Assembly (NCBI RefSeq): GCF_006345805.1
Contig: NW_021825787.1
Location: 1 to 14,637 of the forward strand
Reading direction: 5' to 3'
Source: Octopus sinensis
Taxonomy: Eukaryota
Length of the DNA stretch: 14,637 bases
Below are positions 8,561-14,637 of the stretch, one piece after another. The translations under genes and the position numbers were made by a program. The first letter of the stretch is position 1; each line of letters begins with the position of its first letter. The notes under the pieces are model-generated. The model did no database searches, was not told the origin of the DNA, and worked only from the letters and a program-made list of their open reading frames with translations.

Positions 8561-8983
8561 TTAAATTTTCTTAAATATTCTGTTACATACTGCCTTGGTA
8601 ACCCCACCAGAAACCCCACGGGACTGGGATTGCATAGTTTGACCCATTGGATGTGTTTTCATACGCCAAATTTGATCTCGACCTTCTACTTCTACTTTCA
8701 CTTTTACCTCATTTTCTTTCACATCTTCTGCTGCTGCTGCCGTCTTCCTTTCCTTCTTTTCTACTTCCTCTTCTAATACAATTTCCAATGCTAATTCTGT
8801 CCATTTCCAATCTGTTTTCTCTGTTGTTTTTCTTTCATGAAGGCAAGACATCTTCCATTGTTTACAGTTTGGTAAAAGTCAAGGAAGACAGCTTTGGTGA
8901 AATAAATCAACTGACGATGTTTATTTCATTCTTTCTGTTGGCGTGGGTTTAATATATTTGTATGTCTTTAACAGCGAGCTTAC

Positions 8984-8984
<1 letters not shown>

Positions 8985-9017
<33 letters not shown>

Positions 9018-9266
9018 TATACATGCATATATATATATATATATATACATGCATATATATATACACATGCATATATATATACACATGCATATATATATAT
9101 ACATGCAAATATATATTACATGGATGTATATATATATATACGTATATATGTGTATATAATATGTGTGCTGTGTCTATATCTACGTACATACATATATGTA
9201 TTTGTTTATGTGTGTGATTTGTGTTTGTGTGTGCGTATGTATGCATATATATATACTATATATATA

Positions 9267-9299
<33 letters not shown>

Positions 9300-9450
9300 C
9301 TCACATACACATATACAGCGGTTGTGTTAACGCATGAATAAACGTTTAGACTTTCTCCCTTCTCTTGTGTGGGTGTGTCTGTGTATAGACGTGTGTACAT
9401 CCATACATATATACATCTATAGAAATATATATCCACACATATATACATCC
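8985..9450. repeat. (TA)n-rich microsatellite with a short (catgcatatatatataca)-like minisatellite
   Basis: Directly visible. It explains all ORFs between 8943 and 9448. Confidence 0.88.
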
Positions 9451-9690
9451 GTACTTATACAAATAGTAGTATATGAGTCGATTATCTGAGGTCATTCAAA
9501 CGAACACAATCAAATATACAATCACATACACATAGGCAGAAGCGTGTCCGTGTGGTAAGAAGCTTGCTTCCCAACAAGCTTGGTTCTGGGTTCAGTTCCA
9601 CTGCATGGCAACTCGGGCATGTGTCGTCTACTATAGCCCTGGTCCAACCAAAGCCTTTTGAGTGGATTTGGTAGACGGAAACTCAAAGAA

Positions 9691-9935
9691 TCTCCGAAAC
9701 GTGGAGTAGATGAAACAGGGACAACTGATGAAGAGAATGTTCTTTATCTTGCATGTCTCGGTTCTCCGTTTGTTTTTTTGTTCGAAAAATGTTCGTTTTT
9801 CCGATTTTTTTTTTTTATGTTTTCATTCCTCATTGTTTCCACGTTTTTTTATGCCCTGTACCCATATATGCATGTATATATACATATATATGTAGGTATT
9901 ACATATATGTATATATATATATACATATATATATA
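9691..9935. mobile_element. Unclassified repeat fragment inserted in SINE-B
   Basis: It interrupts SINE-B colinearity. It resembles an octopus repeat ending ...ccctgtacccatatatgcatg (recollection only). Confidence 0.35.
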
Positions 9936-9994
9936 TTCATTTATTTTCATTTTATCTAGTTTCAGCTCACGAGCTGTGGCCATGCTGGGGCACC
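9936..9994 (-). mobile_element. Extremely 5'-truncated copy of the CR1/L2-like LINE 3' end
   Basis: Minus strand reads ggtgccccagcatggccaCAGCTCgtGAGCTGaaactagataaaatgaaaataaatgaa and matches 5755-5792. Confidence 0.8.
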
Positions 9995-10014
9995 TATATA
10001 TATATATATATGTA

Positions 10015-10063
<49 letters not shown>

Positions 10064-10358
10064 TTGTGTGTCTGTGTTTGTCACCCACCATCGCTTCACA
10101 ACCGATGTCGGTACAAACCAACTTGGCAGTTGGCCAAAAGGGAGACCGATAGAATAAGTGCTAGTCTCACAAAGAGTAAACCCTAGAGTCGGTTCGTTCG
10201 ACTAAAGGCGGGGCTCCAGCATGGCCACAGTCAAATGACTGAAACTAGTAAAAGAACGAAAGAATATAAGAAAAACTACAATCCCTGCAAATATTTTCTG
10301 TGGTTATTAACGATGGGATTCCACAAAAAATATAAACCAATTTTCATGTCCTAAATTA

Positions 10359-10692
10359 TGTTGTCAAGCGATGTGGTGGGGACAAACACAGACACACACA
10401 CCACACACACACACACATACACACACATATATAATATACATACTCTCTTTTACTCTTTTCAGTCATTTGACTGCGGCCATGCTGGAGCACCGCCTTTAAT
10501 CGAGCACCTCAATCCCGGGACTTATTCTTTGTAAGCCCAGTATTTATTCTATCGGACCCTTTTGCTGAACTGCTAAGTGACGGGGACATAAACACAGCAG
10601 CATCGGTTGTCAAGCAATGCTAGGGGGACAAACACAGACACACAAACATACACACACATATATATATACATATATACGACGGGCTTCTTTCA
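10359..10692 (-). mobile_element. SINE-B fragments (short middle fragment 10359-10440; 3' half 10441-10692)
   Basis: They match 6155-6414. The larger piece stops at acgacgggcttctttca. Confidence 0.85.
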
Positions 10693-10737
10693 ATTGTTAT
10701 ATATATATATATACGATGAGCTTTTTTTCAATACAAT

Positions 10738-10895
10738 ATTCTTTCTGCTGCTGGTGCGAGACCTGAGAGTTTCGGTATTGGTCGACTGTATCGATCTCAG
10801 TGTTCAATATGTACTTATATATTGGTCCTGAACTAATAAATTGCAAAATCGAAATCGGTGTGACTTGAACACATTACGTAAAGCTGGACAAACTG
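10738..10895 (-). mobile_element. Old, diverged SINE-A relative
   Basis: gtcgactgtatcgatctcagtgttcaatatgtactta...gcaaaatcgaaatcggtgtgacttgaac aligns by eye to gtcgattacatcgaccccagtgc..ggtactta...gcaaagtcgacctcggcggaatttgaac. Confidence 0.6.
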
Positions 10896-10899
10896 CGGA

Positions 10900-11130
10900 T
10901 AAAGGTTTCTGCGGGCTGAGAGGTGCCTCGTGAAAGACCCCACAGCAGATAGCTGGACGTGGTTGGAGATGATCTCCAGAGGCTCAACGCCACCTTGTAG
11001 GAGGCAAAGGAACTGGCACGGCACAGCCAGCGATTTATAGCACAGGATGGTCGTGGTCAGCTCTTCGCATGATGACACCTCTGGGACCACTTTTTTGGAA
11101 TGAGCCCAGCCCCATCCAGTCAGATCCACG
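10900..11130 (+). pseudogene. Decayed 3' end of an RTE-clade LINE ORF
   Basis: A single frame 10908-11072 reads SAG*EVPRERPHSR*LDVVGDDLQRLNATL*EAKELARHSQRFIAQ. This matches the RTE C-terminal pattern GW.RPRGRP..RWLD.V..DL...EA..LA.DR..W, with the first two stops at Trp positions (TGG to TGA/TAG). Confidence 0.75.
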
Positions 11131-11534
11131 TCATTCTGCCAACAAACCGCCCATGTCCTACATATTTCAAATCTTGCTCATATACCTTCTACGGTGCAGC
11201 ATACATCTCTTAAAATAAGGTAAACATTCATCAATGAAGCCCGTTTTTTAAAGAACATTTTTGAAACGTTGTTTCATTTGAGGTTTTCACAATTTTCAAA
11301 CTTTCAAATTTAATTATGGAGAAGTACGATTACAAAGTTTTTTTTTTGTACAAAATCTGTCGGTAATCAATTATATTTCCTTGATTATCAGTTCTTTCTA
11401 TTTGCAGATAAATTTAACTTGTGAGTGCATATATGTGTGCGTGTGTGTGTGAGTGTGTGTGGAGAGAGAGAGAGATGGCTCTCCATCAATTTTTTTTTAT
11501 ATCAGCGAAGCTACAAGCTTCTCTATATACTATG

Positions 11535-11671
11535 TACATTCTATCTATCTATCTATCTATCTATATCTATCTATCTTCTCTCTCTCATCTCCTCCTCTCT
11601 ATCTACCTCTCTCCTCTCTCTCTCTCTCCTCTCTCTCTCCCTCCTCTCTCTCTCCATCTCTCTCTGTATAT

Positions 11672-11709
<38 letters not shown>

Positions 11710-11720
11710 TGCATACATAC
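11535..11720. repeat. (CTAT)n, (CT)n polypyrimidine tract and (TA)n
   Basis: Directly visible. Confidence 0.9.
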
Positions 11721-11844
11721 ATTCAAACACAGAAAAAAATCTATTGTAGTAGAAGATAATTAGCGGTGTAGAGTACTTTCATCCCTAAAAGCTGTTAAGA
11801 CACGTGACCTCTTCATTAGTCGTACCACTGAAATAAAAAGATAG

Positions 11845-12047
11845 CGCATACATACACACCACACAACACATACATACATACATCATCAGACATACATACT
11901 ACATACATACATACATACAGACATACATACATACATACATATATATATATACATACATATATATATACATATATATATTATACATATATATATAATATAT
12001 ACAATATATATATATATATATTATATACATATATAATATATATATAC

Positions 12048-12110
<63 letters not shown>
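11845..12110. repeat. (CATA)n and long (TA)n microsatellite
   Basis: Directly visible. Confidence 0.92.
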
Positions 12111-12113
<3 letters not shown>

Positions 12114-12115
<2 letters not shown>

Positions 12116-12231
12116 GTAGTCGTGTGGTAAGTATCTTGCTTCCCAACCACATGGTTCCGGTTTCAGTCCCCTGCGTGACACCTTCGGTAAGAGTCTTCAA
12201 CACTGCGGTCTCGGTTTGACCAAAGTCTTGT
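12114..12231 (+). mobile_element. SINE-B 5' fragment (tRNA-like head)
   Basis: gtgtggtaagtatcttgcttcccaaccacatggttccggtttcagtcccctgcgtgacacc matches the SINE-B head. Confidence 0.85.
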
Positions 12232-12278
12232 ATATGTGCATATATATATATATATATGTGTGTGTAATAGTGTCCAAT

Positions 12279-12912
12279 CAATTTACGTATTTATACACGA
12301 AAGAGGTGACCTTTAACAGGACATCTTACATGCTAGAAAGGGCAGTTAAAGCCCAAACCACGGGTAAGGACAATTTCAAAGGAAATGAAAATAAAAAATA
12401 CGTGCATGCTAGCCATCGGTATGAAAATTTTTCTAAATTTTCTACCCTTATTATTTTCACAGTAAAATTTTTATAGTTTCAAAGCCTTTCTGGTACGCAG
12501 TTTTAATTTATTTTATTATTATTTGCTACCGAATGTAACTGCACTTGCGCGGTAGATTTGAATATTATAATGTATAAGTATGTAGCACGTGTATATTCGT
12601 TACTATTTGCTGCATAAATATGCATTAATTTTAGCGCCGTCACTGAAGAGGTACGGAAACTCGAGTCTAGGGTTAACTACAAAAATATTTTTTATTTTCA
12701 TTCTCTTTGCAATTACTTTAATTCGTGGTTTGAATTTTTACTGCCCTTTCTAGCATGTGAGGTATCCTGTTAAAGGTAACCTCTTTCGTGGATAAATACG
12801 TAAATTGTTTTCACATTATTATATATGAAAATATGTTGTCTATTAACTTTATTTCCATGCTAGCCACAGCTATGTTAATTTTTCAAAATTTTCTACCCTT
12901 ATTATTTCACAG

Positions 12913-12913
<1 letters not shown>
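12279..12913 (+). mobile_element. Non-coding PLE-like module 1: 122-bp inverted repeat, ~58-bp direct repeat and hammerhead-like motif
   Basis: Inverted repeat 12279-12400 / 12686-12807. Direct repeat ~12405-12463 / ~12856-12913 (catgctagcca...aaattttctacccttattatt(t)tcacagt). HHR-like motif at 12643-12667. Confidence 0.7.
12643..12667 (+). ncRNA. Minimal hammerhead-like motif with palindromic stem III
   Basis: Reads CUGAAGA-GGUACG-GAAA-CUCGAG-UC. ACUCGAGU (12659-12666) is a perfect palindrome and the triplet is GUC. Stem II is one base off the palindrome GGUACC, and stem I is poor. Confidence 0.55.
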
Positions 12914-12959
<46 letters not shown>

Positions 12960-13030
12960 ATATATTATATATTATATAGAGAGAGAGAGAGAGAGAGAGA
13001 AGAGAGAGAGGAGAGAGAGAGAGAGATGAG
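12914..13030. repeat. (TA)n(GA)n compound microsatellite separating the two modules
   Basis: Directly visible. Confidence 0.92.
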
Positions 13031-13032
13031 AA

Positions 13033-13778
13033 AAGGATAAAATCTTAATAAGAAATCTTAACAAGAAATTATCAGGTAGTTAGCGTGAAAAACCTCATAA
13101 GAGAAAAAATCTGAAAATTTTTTCACTTGAAAATATTTGTTTATATTGTATAGAGGGCATTATTACACATAAATGCCACACGCTAGGAGGGACTTACAAA
13201 GTCATTACTACCAAAAATAATCGAATCGTACCGAATGCAGCTCTCGAAGCAAGACATTTAGAAACAGAATTTAGTTCCAGATCACCTGTGATTTCGCAAT
13301 TAACGTATTATCTACTTCTTTTGTTCATCAGTGAAACATATTCAGAACACATCAAAAATAAACAAAACCAACATACCTAGCGGAACCAAACAGACAACTG
13401 TCGTCCCCACTGTAGCACATGGAAATGTTCATCCTCCATATATTCATGTAAATGGCGGGCTTTTTCGAACTGCATTTCGGTAGGAAACGTGTTTCTTCGG
13501 AACAAATTTAACAATTAAGGATAAAATCTTAATAAGAAATCTTAACAAGAAATTATCAGGTAGTTAGCGTGAAAAACCTCATAAGAGAAAAAAATAAACA
13601 AAAGACGTACATAATACGTTAATTGCGAAATCACAGGTGATCTGGAACTAAATTCTGTTTCTAAATGTCTTGCTTCGAGAGCTGCATTCGGTACGATTCG
13701 TTTATTTTTGCTAGTAATGACTTTGTAAGTCCTCCTAGCGTGTGGCATTATGTGTAATAATGCCCTCTATACAATATA
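13033..13778 (-). mobile_element. Non-coding PLE-like module 2: perfect 77-bp direct repeat, ~183-bp inverted repeat and hammerhead ribozyme
   Basis: Direct repeat 13033-13109 = 13517-13593 (identical). Inverted repeat 13142-13325 / 13597-13778, with 4 substitutions and 2 one-base indels by my count. HHR at 13274-13337. Confidence 0.8.
13274..13337 (-). ncRNA. Type I hammerhead ribozyme
   Basis: Reads GUUUCA-CUGAUGA-A-CAA-(21 nt)-UUG-C-GAAA-UCAC-AG-GUGA-UC-UGGAAC. Stem I has 6 bp, the core CUGAUGA/GAAA is intact, stem III has 5 bp and the triplet is AUC. There is an A-C mismatch at 10.1-11.1. Confidence 0.8.
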
Positions 13779-13790
13779 TATATTATATAT

Positions 13791-13836
<46 letters not shown>

Positions 13837-13950
13837 CATGCATGCATTCAGAAATACATGCATCCATACATACATACATACACATGCATACATACACACG
13901 CATCCATCCATACATACATACATACACGCATGTATACATACATATTCGCA
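13779..13950. repeat. (TA)n/(CATA)n microsatellite
   Basis: Directly visible. Confidence 0.9.
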
Positions 13951-14396
13951 TAGATGGTGAAGAACGCAATTTGCAAACCGTAATTCGATAATAAAAACCG
14001 CACTAAAACAATAAGAGAGGGAAGATACCTGCAGCTGCATCAACTGAGTCTGAAGGACTTTGAAGCGGAATTTTCGATTTAGTGATCTGTTTGTACAGAT
14101 TTTTACAGGATAAACAACGCTTAATATGATGGAGCAGAGGCAACCAACCTTCTGGCGAGGATATTCTACTCGATATGTGTGTGTAGGCAAGTTTATATAT
14201 ATAAATATTCACGTGTATGTGTGTGTGTGACTGTAAATGCTTCTGTGCATAGGTTTGTATAGATGAATAATCCTACATAATTCTATAAACATATATAAAG
14301 CTGTATGTTCAACTAACATTTGTCTCTGTATATTTACATGTGTAGGTTGGTGTGTGTGTATTTGTCTGTCTGTGTATGTATATGACAGTGTGTATA

Positions 14397-14637
14397 CATC
14401 GACCCCAGTGCTCAACAGGTACTTATTTTATCAACCCCAAAAGGATAAAAAGTAAAGTCGACCTCGGCGAAATACCTATTTCTTTACTACACACAAGGGG
14501 CTAAACACAGAGAGTACAAACAAGGACAGACAAACGGATTAAGTCGATTATATCGACCCCAGTGCGTAACTGTTACTTATTTAATCGACTCCGAAAGGAT
14601 GGAAGGCAAAGTCGACCTCGGCGGAATTTTGAACCCA
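14397..14637 (-). mobile_element. SINE-A multimer (at least two units; runs off the window edge)
   Basis: It has the same GAAATACCTATTTC junction (14469-14482) as the trimer. The unit at 14477-14637 shares diagnostic bases with unit 1718-1901. Confidence 0.88.

Larger units (their letters stand above)
9535..10262 (+). mobile_element. SINE-B split by nested sequence (5' half 9535-9690, 3' half ~10061-10262)
   Basis: Both halves match the reverse complement of 6155-6551. Unrelated sequence occupies 9691-9994. Confidence 0.8.

Noticed and set aside
8561-8952. ORFs 8561..8851 (-) and 8647..8952 (+)
   Set aside because: Both come from a pyrimidine/purine-biased low-complexity tract (Glu/Lys-rich on one strand, Leu/Phe/Ser-rich on the other), with no recognisable domain.
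9691-9736. Possible type II hammerhead (UCUCC-GAAA-C...GUA...CUGAUGA-AGAGA)
   Set aside because: Stem II and a 2-bp stem III can be drawn, but the segment between GUA and CUGAUGA forms no stem I.
11408-11420. 13-nt micro-exon between ttctttctatttgcag and gtgagt
   Set aside because: The splice-like signals are good, but the length is not a multiple of three and nothing else supports it. Such motifs arise by chance in AT-rich DNA.
66-14415. Most ORFs in the six-frame track (YI/CV/HT/TH-rich, poly-Val, poly-Met)
   Set aside because: They are translations of (TA)n, (TG)n, (CA)n and trinucleotide microsatellites or of SINE sequence, with no protein-like complexity.

Overview
Eukaryotic, repeat-saturated intronic or intergenic DNA, most likely from an octopus. 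The species call rests on my recognising two SINE families from memory of octopus genomes; no search was run. There is no intact protein-coding gene, and almost every ORF in the supplied track is a translation of microsatellites. The window contains: (1) many copies of two tRNA-derived SINEs, called SINE-A (OR1/OK-like) and SINE-B (OR2-like) here, including a TSD-flanked SINE-A trimer and a SINE-A nested inside a SINE-B; (2) 3' remnants of three LINEs (CR1/L2-like, RTE-like, and one with two decayed C2H2 fingers); (3) a decayed Penelope-like element (PLE) GIY-YIG ORF on the minus strand that the ORF track misses; (4) dense microsatellites. The most interesting signal is a set of hammerhead-ribozyme (HHR) motifs. 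A near-complete type I HHR lies at 13274-13337 (-). A second with a palindromic stem III lies at 12643-12667 (+). These two sit in non-coding direct-repeat/inverted-repeat modules arranged tail-to-tail. A third HHR with a U3-A8 core covariation lies at 3627-3673 (-), just downstream of the PLE ORF. Two partial motifs lie at 5364-5385 and 7369-7396. The SINE-B 3' end shares a covarying hairpin with the CR1/L2-like LINE in the same window, which suggests a SINE-LINE partner pair.
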